A stretch of DNA of 64,000 nucleotides from Planctomycetota bacterium (GTDB lineage: Bacteria > Planctomycetota > PLA2 > JAEUHO01), in the NCBI GenBank assembly GCA_965223505.1, contig CBDCWP010000039.1:256001-320000 (forward strand), in the 5' to 3' direction. The translations under genes and the position numbers were made by a program. Each line of letters begins with the position of its first letter. The stretch's first letter is position 1. A model generated the notes under the pieces. It made no database searches. It was given only the letters and a program-made list of their open reading frames with translations, and was not told the origin of the DNA. Positions 17,698 to 27,839 of this stretch are shown in pieces.

Positions 17698-18130
17698 CTC
17701 ACCCTTCGGAGGGGGGCCTGGGGGCACGTGCGGAGTGGGCCTTGAACCTCGATGGAGACGTTCTTCGTTGCGGTCCTTCGAGTGCCGCGAGGAAGCGTCC
17801 TCGTGATGTAGGCGCGATGCGGAGCAAGGACGCGGGCGCTCACCCTTTAGAGGGGGTCCTGGGGGCAGCGCCCCCAGAGTGGAGACGTTCTCCGCCGGGG
17901 TCTTTCGAGCGCCGCGAGGAAGCGTCCTCGTGATGTAGGCGCGATGCGGAGCAAGGACGCGGGCGCTCACCCTTTAGAGGGGGTCCTGGGGGCAGCGCCC
18001 CGAGTGGAGACGTTCTCCGCCGGGGTCTTTCGAGCGCCGCGAGGAAGCGTCCTCGTGATGTAGGCGCGATGCGGAGCAAGGACGCGGGCGCTCACCCTTT
18101 AGAGGGGGTCCTGGGGGCAGCGCCCCCAGA
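17698..18130. repeat. tandem array of ~125-bp units (right array)
   Basis: 17698-18094 repeats 10992-11388 (397 bp, one substitution seen). Confidence 0.95.
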
Positions 18131-18167
18131 AAAGAAAAAGGGTGCCGACGCTTGCGCGCCGGCACCC
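18130..18167 (-). terminator. intrinsic terminator of HEAT paralog 3
   Basis: GGGTGCCG...CGGCACCC stem followed by a U-rich tract on the minus strand. Confidence 0.75.
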
Positions 18168-18193
18168 CACAAGAGACTCAACGGTCGGCACCT

Positions 18194-20311
18194 CTAGATG
18201 ATGGAGAGCACCTCGTTGATCAGGTCGGTCGAAGCCCGGTAGTTGACGTCCTTGCTGATGCGAGCCAGCGAGGGAATCGACTCGAGGTCACCGATGACGC
18301 CCAGGCCGGCCGTGGCCAGCGCGCGGGTGAGGTCCTGCTCCTTCTTCTTGCCTTCGTTGAGGGCAATCTCGACGAGCGGACCGACGGCTTCTTCGTTACC
18401 GATCTTGGCGAGAGCCAGCACGACCTGGCCCTTGACGCTCTGGCTGGAGGCGTTGCGCAGCTCCTCGAGCAGCAGCTCGACGGCCTTGTCGTCCTTCAGC
18501 AGACCGAGCGCCGTGGCGCACTGCTGACGCATCTCCTCGGAGCGCTTCTCCTTCAGCGCTTCGCGGATCGCGACCAGCACCGGCTTCGGGCCGTGGCCGA
18601 CCAGACCGAGCGCCAACGCCGAGTAGCCGCGCAGCTCCTGGTCTTCCTTGCGGTCGGCGACGATCTCACGCAGGACACGCTGGCTGTGCTCGTCCTTGAT
18701 GATGCCCAGCGCGCAAGCGAAGGCAGCGCGGCCGCGCTTGTCCATCTTCTTGCTCTGAACACCGTTGCGCAGGATCTCGAGGGCCTTCTGGCGAACCTCG
18801 CCGTAGGCGTTGATGTTCGGCTCCGCCGTGATCTCGCGGCCCATCAGCGACAGGGCGAGCGCGGCGAACGGACGGTGCATGTACTTCCCGTCCTCGGCTT
18901 CCTTCAGCAGGAACTCCTCGACGCGGGAGCCGTCGATGACGTCCGTCTTGTCCTGCTTGACGTCGTTGATGACGACGTAGGCAAGGCTGATGTAGCTGAA
19001 GTTGCGAGCACTGGAGTCCTTGACCTTGTTCTTCTGGATGGCTTCCAGGAGACCGTTGGCCAGGTTGACACGCTCCGCGGCCGGAATCAGGCGGCTGAGC
19101 ACGCCGAGGCCGATGGCGGCCGAGCGCTGGATGTTGGGGTCGTTGTTGCGGCGAGCGGTGAGCGCACGCTGCAGGACCGGAATGTCAGCCGTGTTGCCGA
19201 TGCGACCGATGGTCAGAGCGGCGTACGAACGCACGAGGTTCGACGCGTCGCCCTTGTACATCTTGCCCTTGAGGACGACCTCGCGCAGCACCGCGCGCTG
19301 GTCTTCCGTGAGGCTGTCCTTCGGCTGAAGGCCGATGGCCATCATGAGACCCACGTACAGGTCCTGGTTCGAGTAGTCGGCCTTGAGGAGCTCGAACAGG
19401 CGAGCCGTCGTGGCGGCGGCGGCGCCCTTGGCGGCGCTGCCCTCGTCCGTCGCGCTACCCGGGTAGTCCGCGGAACCCGTCGGCTGGTCGCCGAGCAGGC
19501 CGAGGCTCAGCGCGGCGAAGCCGCGTGTGCGAGCCTGGTAGTCCTTGTCGTTCTCGAACACGTCGAAGAGGAACGTGCGGACCTTGTCGAGGTCGGCGGC
19601 GGCGAACTGGTACTGCTCTTCCTGGCGGCGAAGCAGACCCAGCGCGAGCGCGGCGGACTCCTGCGTGATGAGGTCCTTCTTCTCCTTCGGATCCAGACCC
19701 TTCATGAGCATCTCGATGTGCTTCGGGTCCTTGTTGGTCATCTTGGCCAACGCGATGTAGGCCGCGGACTCGGTGTCCTGGTGACCGGCCAACTTCGGGT
19801 CGTTGATGAGCTTCTCCATCGCCGGGATGATCGTGCTCTCGACCGCGGCGCGAATGTTGTGCATCGCATCCGAACGGTTCGAGCGCTCGCGACCACCCAG
19901 GTCGAAGATGAGGCTCTCGGACGAGACCACGCTGTAGAGGATGTCCTTCAGCGTCTCGATGGTCTCCTTGTTGTTGTGGTACCAGAACGACCAGTTCTCG
20001 AACGTGATCGCCGACGGGCCCTTGCGGGGCTGGTTGCCCGAGGTGGGCTGGGTCGGCGTGGTCGTCGGTCCGACGGACGTCGGCGTCGGGTTGCTGTTGG
20101 GCGAGCCCGGCGTCGTCGGCGTGCTGGGGGTCGTGGGCGGGCCCGAGGGGGGCGGCGGCGGAGGCGGCGTCGGGTCGGTCGGCTCGCGCATGTTGGGCGG
20201 AACCGCGCCACCGGGGCCGCGGAACTGGCCGCCGTGTGCCCAGAGGTCACCGGCGAAGAGGAGCACGGCGACGGTGACGGCCAGCGCTCCGAAGATCGTT
20301 CGCTTCATCAT
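18194..20311 (-). CDS. secreted HEAT-repeat protein, paralog 3
   Basis: LWA|HGGQFRGPGG, Pro/Thr linker, HEAT-like repeats; strongly biased codon usage. Confidence 0.9.
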   Translation of the reverse strand: MMKRTIFGALAVTVAVLLFAGDLWAHGGQFRGPGGAVPPNMREPTDPTPPPPPPPSGPPTTPSTPTTPGSPNSNPTPTSVGPTTTPTQPTSGNQPRKGPSAITFENWSFWYHNNKETIETLKDILYSVVSSESLIFDLGGRERSNRSDAMHNIRAAVESTIIPAMEKLINDPKLAGHQDTESAAYIALAKMTNKDPKHIEMLMKGLDPKEKKDLITQESAALALGLLRRQEEQYQFAAADLDKVRTFLFDVFENDKDYQARTRGFAALSLGLLGDQPTGSADYPGSATDEGSAAKGAAAATTARLFELLKADYSNQDLYVGLMMAIGLQPKDSLTEDQRAVLREVVLKGKMYKGDASNLVRSYAALTIGRIGNTADIPVLQRALTARRNNDPNIQRSAAIGLGVLSRLIPAAERVNLANGLLEAIQKNKVKDSSARNFSYISLAYVVINDVKQDKTDVIDGSRVEEFLLKEAEDGKYMHRPFAALALSLMGREITAEPNINAYGEVRQKALEILRNGVQSKKMDKRGRAAFACALGIIKDEHSQRVLREIVADRKEDQELRGYSALALGLVGHGPKPVLVAIREALKEKRSEEMRQQCATALGLLKDDKAVELLLEELRNASSQSVKGQVVLALAKIGNEEAVGPLVEIALNEGKKKEQDLTRALATAGLGVIGDLESIPSLARISKDVNYRASTDLINEVLSII

Positions 20312-20382
20312 GAATTCTTACTCCCGTGGGAGCCGCTTCAGGCAGCCAGTTCCCGAACGCGGAACTCCCTGGCTCATCGTAA

Positions 20383-20397
20383 GCACAAGGGGTGCCG
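20383..20397 (-). promoter_or_regulatory. sigma54-type -24/-12 promoter candidate
   Basis: cGGCACCCCTTGTGC (GG-N10-GC) upstream of HEAT paralog 3. Confidence 0.6.
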
Positions 20398-20661
20398 AGT
20401 GATACCCACGCATGACCCTGCCGACATCCTTCTTCACACGGCGCGTAACCCAGGCACTGAAGCGAAGATACGTGAGGGCGCCCGGATCGCCCTCGGCCGC
20501 GTCGGGGGCGGCGCGCGACGGCTCGAGTGCTACCGTTCGGTAGCACCTTGCAAGCCACGAAACGGCCGTTCAAACGCGTCCACGAACCGCCGCTCCCAGG
20601 CTCCGTGGGCCGTGGGTAGGGTGAGCGGCCCGAAAACGTCGCCGGTGGAGCGAGGAGAACG

Positions 20662-22641
20662 ATGTACGTCACGCCCCAAACGGACGACGGCTGGGTTCGA
20701 AGCGTTCAGGCCGCGGCGAACGCCCACTTCGAGGTCGAGGTCGTGTTTCCGGTGACGGACGCCTTCCGGGACCGCGTGCAGGGCCGCGAGAAGGAGATCG
20801 TCTTCGCCGCCCGCAGCCGGCTCGCCCGGCTCGGCATCAACGTCGTCCCCTCGACGCCGCCGACCTGGGACGGGGATCGCATCGAGATGCGGGCCACCGT
20901 CAGCGCCACCGTCTCGGCGTACGGCGTGGAGCCGTTCCTGAAGGACCTCGTGCGGCCGGGGCTTCACGTCGGGCGCCTCGTGTTCTGCCCCGCCGAGCAG
21001 CGGCTCACCTCGACGGAGATCCTCGAGGCGGTCCGCGACAACACGCTGCAGCTGCCCGTCGACTACTCGATCGACGGCGACGGCCGCTTCACGATCCGAC
21101 CGAGCGGGCACATCTACGGACTGCACCCCGCGCTCACGTTCGAGGACCTGATGACGATCGCCGTGCGTGCCGACGGCAAGGACCTGCTCAACCGCATGCA
21201 GGTGCGCGAGCGCGTCGATCAGATCGTCCTGCCGCCGGGCGACGGGGTCATCACGTCGTGCGCGATGTTCCTGCACAAGCACTACGTCGTTCTGGATCCC
21301 GAGGCGGGTCCGCTCGGGCAGCATCTCGAGGCGGTGGTGCTCGATCCGATCTCGACGCGCGGTACGAGCGTGTTCCTCGAGTTCGCCAATCACGGCGACA
21401 ACACGATCGTCAATCCGACCGTTCGTGCGGAGGTCTATCACGCGGATCCGCTGCTCAGTCGCACGCGGCGCTGGTACGGGACGGGCGTCGAACTGCAAGT
21501 CGAGGCGAAGGGACGCAGCCGAGCGCAGCTCGAGTACGAAGAGCTCGTCGGTGTGTTCGAGCGGCTCGAAGAAGGCGCGACGCCCGGGCGCTACTCGCAC
21601 CGTGTCGTCGCGGCCGTCGATGATCCTCTCGAGCTCGTCGCCGGCAAGCCGCCGATCGCGTTGTGGGTGAAGCCGCATCCGGAGGAGGACCGCACGCCGA
21701 TCCTCGACGTGTCGTCGCGCCTACGCGATGGCGTGGAGGTCGCGGCGCGCCGCGAGCACGGCACGCGCATGCTGGCCGACCTGCCGAGCGGCGCGGGCGC
21801 GACCCTGCTGCTCGGCTACTTTCCGAACCTCGTCGAGCACTTGGAGATCTGTGCGGCCGCGTTGGACCGGCGCATCAAGCGCATCATCTTCCGGCGGGCT
21901 TCCTACGAGCATGGTTCGTTCCTCTCGGCGCGCGACCACGGACGGCTCGCCGACTACGAGGGGTTGGGCGTCGAGGTCTTCTGGTGCCACGAGGAGCGGC
22001 AGCACGTGGTGCGGCACGTCTTCCGGGGGCTGCGGGGGTTCTTCGTCAAGCCCGAGGACGTCGAGCGGTTCCGGACGAGCCTGATCATCGCGTCGTACGG
22101 CTCCGCGTTGCGTTTGCCCGACCAGACGTTCGCGTCGATGCGGACGCTCTTCGCCGACGTGAACGCGTTCTTCGGCAACAACGTGTCGATCATGACGGGC
22201 GGCGGTCCGGGGTCCATGCAGCAGGCGACCGACGTCGCGGACGAGCTCGACATGCTGGTCGGGGCGAGCTTCATCGAGGCGGAGGGCCAGAAGACCAACG
22301 AGAGCGCGAGCTACTACCAGACGTTCCAGGGCCGCAGCCGGCAGGCGCGCCAGCGTTGGTTCGAGGTCGCGAGCTTTCACCTGTTCTTCATGGGCGGCGT
22401 CGGCACGCTCGAGGAGGTGGGGCTGACGCTGACGGACATGAAGCTGGGCGTGATCGAGCGTTCGCCGATCGTGTTCTTCGGGCCCCACGGCGACGAGCCG
22501 TACTGGACGCATCTGCGCGAGCAGCTGGACGTGATGATGGCGGAAGGGCGTGCGCCGGACTGGCTCAGCACCCATACTCTCGTGACGAGTGATCCCTACG
22601 AGGTCACCAAATTCTACAAACAGGTGCTCGAGCTCGGTTGA
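20662..22641 (+). CDS. long LOG/SLOG-family protein with large N-terminal extension
   Basis: C-terminal TGGGPGSM and GGVGTLEE LOG motifs; GAGGAG RBS. Confidence 0.8.
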   Translation: MYVTPQTDDGWVRSVQAAANAHFEVEVVFPVTDAFRDRVQGREKEIVFAARSRLARLGINVVPSTPPTWDGDRIEMRATVSATVSAYGVEPFLKDLVRPGLHVGRLVFCPAEQRLTSTEILEAVRDNTLQLPVDYSIDGDGRFTIRPSGHIYGLHPALTFEDLMTIAVRADGKDLLNRMQVRERVDQIVLPPGDGVITSCAMFLHKHYVVLDPEAGPLGQHLEAVVLDPISTRGTSVFLEFANHGDNTIVNPTVRAEVYHADPLLSRTRRWYGTGVELQVEAKGRSRAQLEYEELVGVFERLEEGATPGRYSHRVVAAVDDPLELVAGKPPIALWVKPHPEEDRTPILDVSSRLRDGVEVAARREHGTRMLADLPSGAGATLLLGYFPNLVEHLEICAAALDRRIKRIIFRRASYEHGSFLSARDHGRLADYEGLGVEVFWCHEERQHVVRHVFRGLRGFFVKPEDVERFRTSLIIASYGSALRLPDQTFASMRTLFADVNAFFGNNVSIMTGGGPGSMQQATDVADELDMLVGASFIEAEGQKTNESASYYQTFQGRSRQARQRWFEVASFHLFFMGGVGTLEEVGLTLTDMKLGVIERSPIVFFGPHGDEPYWTHLREQLDVMMAEGRAPDWLSTHTLVTSDPYEVTKFYKQVLELG

Positions 22642-22894
22642 TGAAGTACCGGACGTGGCTGTTGTCCGCACTCCTGCTCGGTGGGACCGCGCGTGCGGAC
22701 GACCGTCCGTTTCCGAGGACGCCGGCGGACTGCGCCCGGGGATGCTCTTGCTGCGCCTGGCCCGAACTCGGAACCTCGTCCTGGGCGGGCACAGAGCCCC
22801 CTGCGGCGAGAACCGCTCGTTCGGGCTCGGGCTCGCATCGGTCTCCCAGGGCTCGCGACGCGGCATTTCGAAACAGAGCCTAGGGAGGTGATCG

Positions 22895-23077
22895 ATGGCA
22901 GAGCGTGAACCGAATCCGTATCAGTGGCGCTTCTTCCTGCTGGGGTTCTTGTGCCTCATCGGAACGCTGGTGTTCGGCTTACGGGACGATGCTACATATC
23001 GCGGAATGACCTTGCCGTTGTCGATCTTCGGCAGCACGGCCTTTGCGCTCGGGACCTGGATCCACATCAAGTCGTAG
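22895..23077 (+). CDS. small two-TM membrane protein
   Basis: GGAGGT RBS; two hydrophobic helices. Confidence 0.6.
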   Translation: MAEREPNPYQWRFFLLGFLCLIGTLVFGLRDDATYRGMTLPLSIFGSTAFALGTWIHIKS

Positions 23078-23105
23078 CGCCACCCGATTCACATTCCAGA
23101 CCGGA

Positions 23106-23274
23106 CCTGATCGACGACCGGTTGGGCGACCACGAGGGTCGCCCCTACGAATCGTGCATGTGTCCGCGCCTGATCGACGACCGGTTGGGCGACCACGAGG
23201 GTCGTCCCTACGAATCGTGCATTTGTCCGCGCCTGGTATACGACCGGTTGGGCGACCACGAGGGTCGCCCCTAC
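23106..23274. repeat. three tandem 63-bp units each containing a GTAG-type REP
   Basis: GGGCGACCACGAGGGTCG(C/T)CCCTAC in units starting at 23106, 23169 and 23232. Confidence 0.9.
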
Positions 23275-23325
23275 ATCCGCGTTCACCGCATCGCGGTCCA
23301 AGATGTCGCACGCCGACGTTGCCCA

Positions 23326-24438
23326 TTACCACGGCGCCGGGAACGTCTGCTCGATCGCTTCGCGCTCCACCACCAGGCGCTCGGTCCACTCCCGGCCGTC
23401 CGCGCGCCTCAGCACCACGTTGTAGACACCCGGTGCGAGATACCCCTCGAAGTGGGCGCCCCCGTGCATCTCCCCCGTCTGCCAGCCGGCCGGCAACACG
23501 CGCGCGGCCGCGGCGCCCTCACCGGCCAAACGCACGCGCAACGTAAGACTGCGGTCGACCTTGCCGCCGCGCGTGGCCCCGATCAAGCGCACGTACGCGC
23601 GGTATCGAACCCGCACGTCCACCGCCTGCGTTCGTCCGGTTCGGACGTAGATCTCTCGATCGTCCACCCGCTCGATGGGTTGATAGCGCACGGCGTCCTT
23701 CATGACGGCATCGACGATCGAAAGCGTGTATCGGCCACCCGGCAACGTAGAAAACGTGAGCGCCTTCGGCCGTCCGCGCCCTCCGATGTGCTCGTCATGC
23801 CGGCTCCCGAAGTCGCGGTTCGTATCCAGATGCATGAGCTTCATCCGCAGTGCCGCGGAGATCTCGACCGGCTCCGACGTGTCGTCCAGAAGCTGCAACG
23901 TGAGCACGCCGGCGGCCTCGATCGCCATCGTCACGCGATGGGTTTCGTTGCCTTCGACGGCGATCATGTTCGATGCTCGTCGGTAATACGGAGCCCGGGC
24001 AAGAACCATGAGCCCGACGCGCGGGACGTCGCGAAAGATCGCGATGCCGGCCTCGTCAGTCGCGCGCTTGACCCGAAACACCACGCGGCGGCGAGCGGGC
24101 TGCTCGACGGTCACCTCGGCGCCCGACACCGGCCGGCCGGAGTCTTTGTCGATGACCTCCACCTCCAGATCCACCCCGCTCGCCGTCGGCTCCGCCTCGA
24201 CTCGTTCTTCGGATCCGTCGATGTCCGTGGTCTCGGCTTCGGGCGCCGGTTGAGGATCCGCTTCGCCGCCTCCGTGCACGCGGCCTTCGAGCATCGCGCG
24301 CGCGGCCTCGTCGTTCTCCGGCGACACGGTGCTGGGGCCGGCATCGGGCCCGCCTGTCTCCCCGCCGAACAACCACGCCGCGAGCCCAACCACCGCGATC
24401 AACGGCAAGAGCAGCAGCGATGAGCGCCCGACGTTCAT
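23326..24438 (-). CDS. membrane-anchored carboxypeptidase-regulatory-like (beta-sandwich) domain protein
   Basis: N-terminal TM; VIDKDSGRPVSGAEV...TDEAG motif. Confidence 0.7.
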   Translation of the reverse strand: MNVGRSSLLLLPLIAVVGLAAWLFGGETGGPDAGPSTVSPENDEAARAMLEGRVHGGGEADPQPAPEAETTDIDGSEERVEAEPTASGVDLEVEVIDKDSGRPVSGAEVTVEQPARRRVVFRVKRATDEAGIAIFRDVPRVGLMVLARAPYYRRASNMIAVEGNETHRVTMAIEAAGVLTLQLLDDTSEPVEISAALRMKLMHLDTNRDFGSRHDEHIGGRGRPKALTFSTLPGGRYTLSIVDAVMKDAVRYQPIERVDDREIYVRTGRTQAVDVRVRYRAYVRLIGATRGGKVDRSLTLRVRLAGEGAAAARVLPAGWQTGEMHGGAHFEGYLAPGVYNVVLRRADGREWTERLVVEREAIEQTFPAPW

Positions 24439-24478
24439 CCGGTCGCAGTATCGCACCGGGACTGCGGTGAGGCCGCTG

Positions 24479-26305
24479 CTAGTTCGCTTCCGCCTTGCGC
24501 GCCCTGCGAAGGGCCTTGCGGCGGTCCACCTCGTTCAACATCCGCTTGCGGAGACGCAGGCTCTCCGGCGTCACCTCCAACAGCTCGTCGTCCGCCAGGA
24601 ACTCGAGGCTCTCCTCGACCCCCTTGCGGATCGGCGGCGGGTAGTCGGCCTTCTCGTCGGCGCCCGACGAGCGCATGTTCGTCAGGTTCTTGGCACGGCA
24701 CGGGTTCACCAGCACGTCTTCCTCGCGCCGGTGCTCGCCCGTGATCTGCCCCATGTAGACCTCTTCGCCGGCATCGACGAAGAAGTTGCCGCGGTCCGAG
24801 AGCGCGTTCAACGCGTACGCGCGCACCTTGCCCGTGTCGCTCGAGACCTGGCTGCCCGTCTTGCGCCGCGGCAGCTCGCCGCGGTACGGCGCATAGCGCT
24901 TGAACACGCTGCTCAGCACCGCTTCACCGCGTGTCGCGCTCAACAAGCGCGTGCGCAAACCGATCAGCCCGCGCGCCGGCGCCTCGAACTCGAGGAACAC
25001 CAGGTCGCCCTGCGTCTTCATGTCCTGCAACTCGCCCTTGCGCCGGCCGAGCATCTCGATGACCTTGCCGGCGTCGTCCGGCGGCACCTCGACGTGCACC
25101 GTCTCGATCGGCTCCTCGCGGCCGTTCTCGGTGTCGTGATAGAGCACGCGCGGACGACCGACGGCGAACTCGTACCCCTCGCGCCGCAGCGTCTCGATCA
25201 AGATGCCCAGGTGCAGAATGCCCCGGCCGTGCACCTCGAACGCGTCCGTCTCCCCGGTCCGTCCCACCTCGAGCGCCACGTCTTCCTGCGCCGCGCGTTC
25301 GAGACGCGCCTTCAGGTGACGCGACGTCACGTACTTGCCTTCGGTGCCCGCCTTCGGCGAGTCGTTGACGCGGAACTCCATCCGCAGCGTCGGCGCTTCG
25401 ATCGTCATCTGCCACGGCTCGACAGGATTCTCGGGATCGGTGAGCGTGTCGCCGATCTCGACCTGGTCGATGCCGCCGATGGCGACGAGGTCACCCGCGA
25501 GGACCTCGTCGACGGCCCTGCGGCCCATGCCGTCGAACACGAACGTGCGCGCCTGCGCCTTCTGCTTCTGCGTGCCGTCCGGCTGGTAGATGGCGATCGT
25601 CTGGCCTTCCTTGATCGTGCCCGACTCGAGGCGGCCGATGGCGACCCGCCCGTGATAGCGGTCCACCTCGACGTCGCACACGGGCAGGCCGACGGTGCCC
25701 GCGGGATCGCCCTTCGGCGGTCGCGCGTGCTCGAGGATGCCGTCGAGGATCGGGATCAGGTTCGACTGCATCTCGTCGGGCTTGGTGCCCGAGAGACCGT
25801 CGCGGCCCGACGCGTAGAGCACCGGGAAGTCCAGCACGTCGTCGTCCGCGCCGAGCTCGATGAAGAGGTCGTAGACGAGGTCGAGCACCTGGCCCGGACG
25901 CGCGTCGCGGCGGTCCATCTTGTTGATGATCAGGATCGGCTGCAGCTCGTACTCGAGCGCCTTGCGCATCACGAAGCGCGTCTGCGGAAGCGGACCTTCG
26001 TAGGCGTCCACCAACAACAGCACCGAGTCGGCCATGCGCAGCACACGCTCTACCTGACCGCCGAAGTCGGCGTGGCCGGGCGTGTCGATGATGTTGATCT
26101 TCACGTCCTTGTAGTGAATCGTGCAGTTCTTCGAGAAGATCGTGATCCCGCGCTCGCGCTCGAGATCGTTGCTGTCCATGATCAGCGCCTGGTCCTCCGG
26201 CAACGAGGCCACGGCGCCCGCCGTCACGAGGAGGCGGTCGACCAGGGTGGTCTTGCCGTGGTCGACGTGGGCGACGACGGCGATGTTGCGGATCGGCTGG
26301 GTCAT
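24479..26305 (-). CDS. typA: translational GTPase TypA/BipA
   Basis: AHVDHGKTT, ERERGITI, DTPGHADFGG, GRGILHL, LEVTPESLRLRK. Confidence 0.97.
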   Translation of the reverse strand: MTQPIRNIAVVAHVDHGKTTLVDRLLVTAGAVASLPEDQALIMDSNDLERERGITIFSKNCTIHYKDVKINIIDTPGHADFGGQVERVLRMADSVLLLVDAYEGPLPQTRFVMRKALEYELQPILIINKMDRRDARPGQVLDLVYDLFIELGADDDVLDFPVLYASGRDGLSGTKPDEMQSNLIPILDGILEHARPPKGDPAGTVGLPVCDVEVDRYHGRVAIGRLESGTIKEGQTIAIYQPDGTQKQKAQARTFVFDGMGRRAVDEVLAGDLVAIGGIDQVEIGDTLTDPENPVEPWQMTIEAPTLRMEFRVNDSPKAGTEGKYVTSRHLKARLERAAQEDVALEVGRTGETDAFEVHGRGILHLGILIETLRREGYEFAVGRPRVLYHDTENGREEPIETVHVEVPPDDAGKVIEMLGRRKGELQDMKTQGDLVFLEFEAPARGLIGLRTRLLSATRGEAVLSSVFKRYAPYRGELPRRKTGSQVSSDTGKVRAYALNALSDRGNFFVDAGEEVYMGQITGEHRREEDVLVNPCRAKNLTNMRSSGADEKADYPPPIRKGVEESLEFLADDELLEVTPESLRLRKRMLNEVDRRKALRRARKAEAN

Positions 26306-26408
26306 GGATGGGGCTTCACGGGTCTCTTCTTGATGTCGGCGAATTCACGACACGAATCGCGCAGGGTACCCCGCGAATCGCCGATCGTTGCCGATAGACT
26401 CCGCGTCC

Positions 26409-27839
26409 ATGCACGAGGCCCGCACGAAGATCCTGTGCACCGTCGGACCCGCCTGCGCAGGCGTCGACGCGCTCCTGGACCTGATCGACGCCGGCGCCGA
26501 CGGCTTCCGGGTCAACGGCGCGCACGTCGCTCCCGCGGATCTCGCGGGCTGGATCGGCCGCATTCGTCAGGCCTCGCGCAGGGCCGGTCTCGACGTCGCC
26601 GTCATGGTGGACCTGCCGGGCACCAAGCTGCGCGTCGGGCCGCTGCGAGGCGGCGTCGCGACCCTCGCAACCGGCGCGGCGGTGCGCCTCTTCACCGGCC
26701 GCGGGACCGGCGATGCCGAGAACGTGCGTGTTCGCGGCATCCGTGACCTCTCCGCGGTCCGCGCCGGTGCGGTCGTGCTGCTCGTCGACGGACGAATTCG
26801 GCTGCGTGTGAAGCGACGGCGCGGGACGTCGCTTCACTGCGTCGTGCTCGACGGCGGTGAGCTCGAGGAGGGCAAGGGCGTCGACTTCCCCGGCGCGCGG
26901 CTGAAGACGACGGTGCCGACGGCAAAGGACCGCAAGATCGCACGCGCCGCCGTCGCGGCCGGCGCGGACATGCTCGCCCTCTCGTTCGTGCGCAGCCCCG
27001 ACGCGGTCACGCGACTGCGCCGGTTGCTGGCGCGCGAGGGCGCGCCGGACCTGCCTGTCGTCGTCAAGATCGAGCGCGGCGACGCGGTCGACGCCGTGGA
27101 CGCGATCCTCGGGCGCGCCGACGCGGCGATCGTCGCGCGCGGCGACCTCGGCGTCGATGTGGGCCCCGAGCGCGTTCCGACCATGCAGAAACGGATCATC
27201 GAAGCAGGGCGGCGTGCCGGGCGGCCGGTCCTCGTCGCGACAGAGATGCTCGAGTCGATGATCGAGAACGCGCGGCCGACGCGCGCCGAGGCAAGCGACG
27301 TCGCGAACGCCGTGTTCGAAGGCGCAGACGGCGTGATGCTCTCGGGCGAGACGGCGGTCGGAAAGCACCCGGCCGCGGCCGTTCGCACGATGGCCCGCAT
27401 CGTCGTCGCCGCGGAGGCCGATCCGCACGCGCCGTATGCCGGCAGCGCTTCGCTTGCGCACATGCGCATGCCGCGCGGCCGGCCCGACCAGCACGTCGTG
27501 CACGCGGCGGTCACGCTGGCGGAGCACGCCGAGGCGGAGGCGATCGTGGTGTTCACGCGCACCGGGATGTCGGCGCTGCGGCTGTCGAAGGAACGGCCGC
27601 ACGCCCGCATTCACGCGTTCGCGCCGACGGACGCCGTTTGTCGGCGGCTTGCGTTGTGTTGGGGCGTGCGTCCGAAGCGGTTGCCTGCCGGTCGTTCCAC
27701 CGACGCGCTGATCCACCGCGTGACGAGCGTACTGCGCGACGCCGAGGGCCTCGATGTCGGCGCGCGCGCCGTCCTGGTGATGGGCGGCGCGCAAGATCCC
27801 GCCGGCGCTACGACGCTCATCAAGCTGCTTACGTTGTGA
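26409..27839 (+). CDS. pyk: pyruvate kinase
   Basis: RTKILCTVGP, VARGDLGV, PTRAEASDVANAV, MLSGETAVG. Confidence 0.95.
   Translation: MHEARTKILCTVGPACAGVDALLDLIDAGADGFRVNGAHVAPADLAGWIGRIRQASRRAGLDVAVMVDLPGTKLRVGPLRGGVATLATGAAVRLFTGRGTGDAENVRVRGIRDLSAVRAGAVVLLVDGRIRLRVKRRRGTSLHCVVLDGGELEEGKGVDFPGARLKTTVPTAKDRKIARAAVAAGADMLALSFVRSPDAVTRLRRLLAREGAPDLPVVVKIERGDAVDAVDAILGRADAAIVARGDLGVDVGPERVPTMQKRIIEAGRRAGRPVLVATEMLESMIENARPTRAEASDVANAVFEGADGVMLSGETAVGKHPAAAVRTMARIVVAAEADPHAPYAGSASLAHMRMPRGRPDQHVVHAAVTLAEHAEAEAIVVFTRTGMSALRLSKERPHARIHAFAPTDAVCRRLALCWGVRPKRLPAGRSTDALIHRVTSVLRDAEGLDVGARAVLVMGGAQDPAGATTLIKLLTL

Noticed and set aside
10915..18130. CRISPR or TIGR-like array with RuvC as effector
   Set aside because: Units are ~125 bp and nearly identical with no unique spacers; the RuvC is a ~170-aa resolvase type with no room for Cas12/TnpB/Nop domains; no cas genes.
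18152..20755. long antisense ORFs (also 24329-26746, 42044-44203, 5206-6612 and similar)
   Set aside because: Shadow frames of well-supported genes in GC-rich DNA with no recognisable motifs.
22638..22883. short secreted protein MKYRTWLLSALL...
   Set aside because: Signal-like start, but the remainder is uninformative and may be frameshifted; cannot be supported.
23106..23274. mini CRISPR array
   Set aside because: Inter-repeat segments are near-identical and the repeat is the GTAG REP seen elsewhere.
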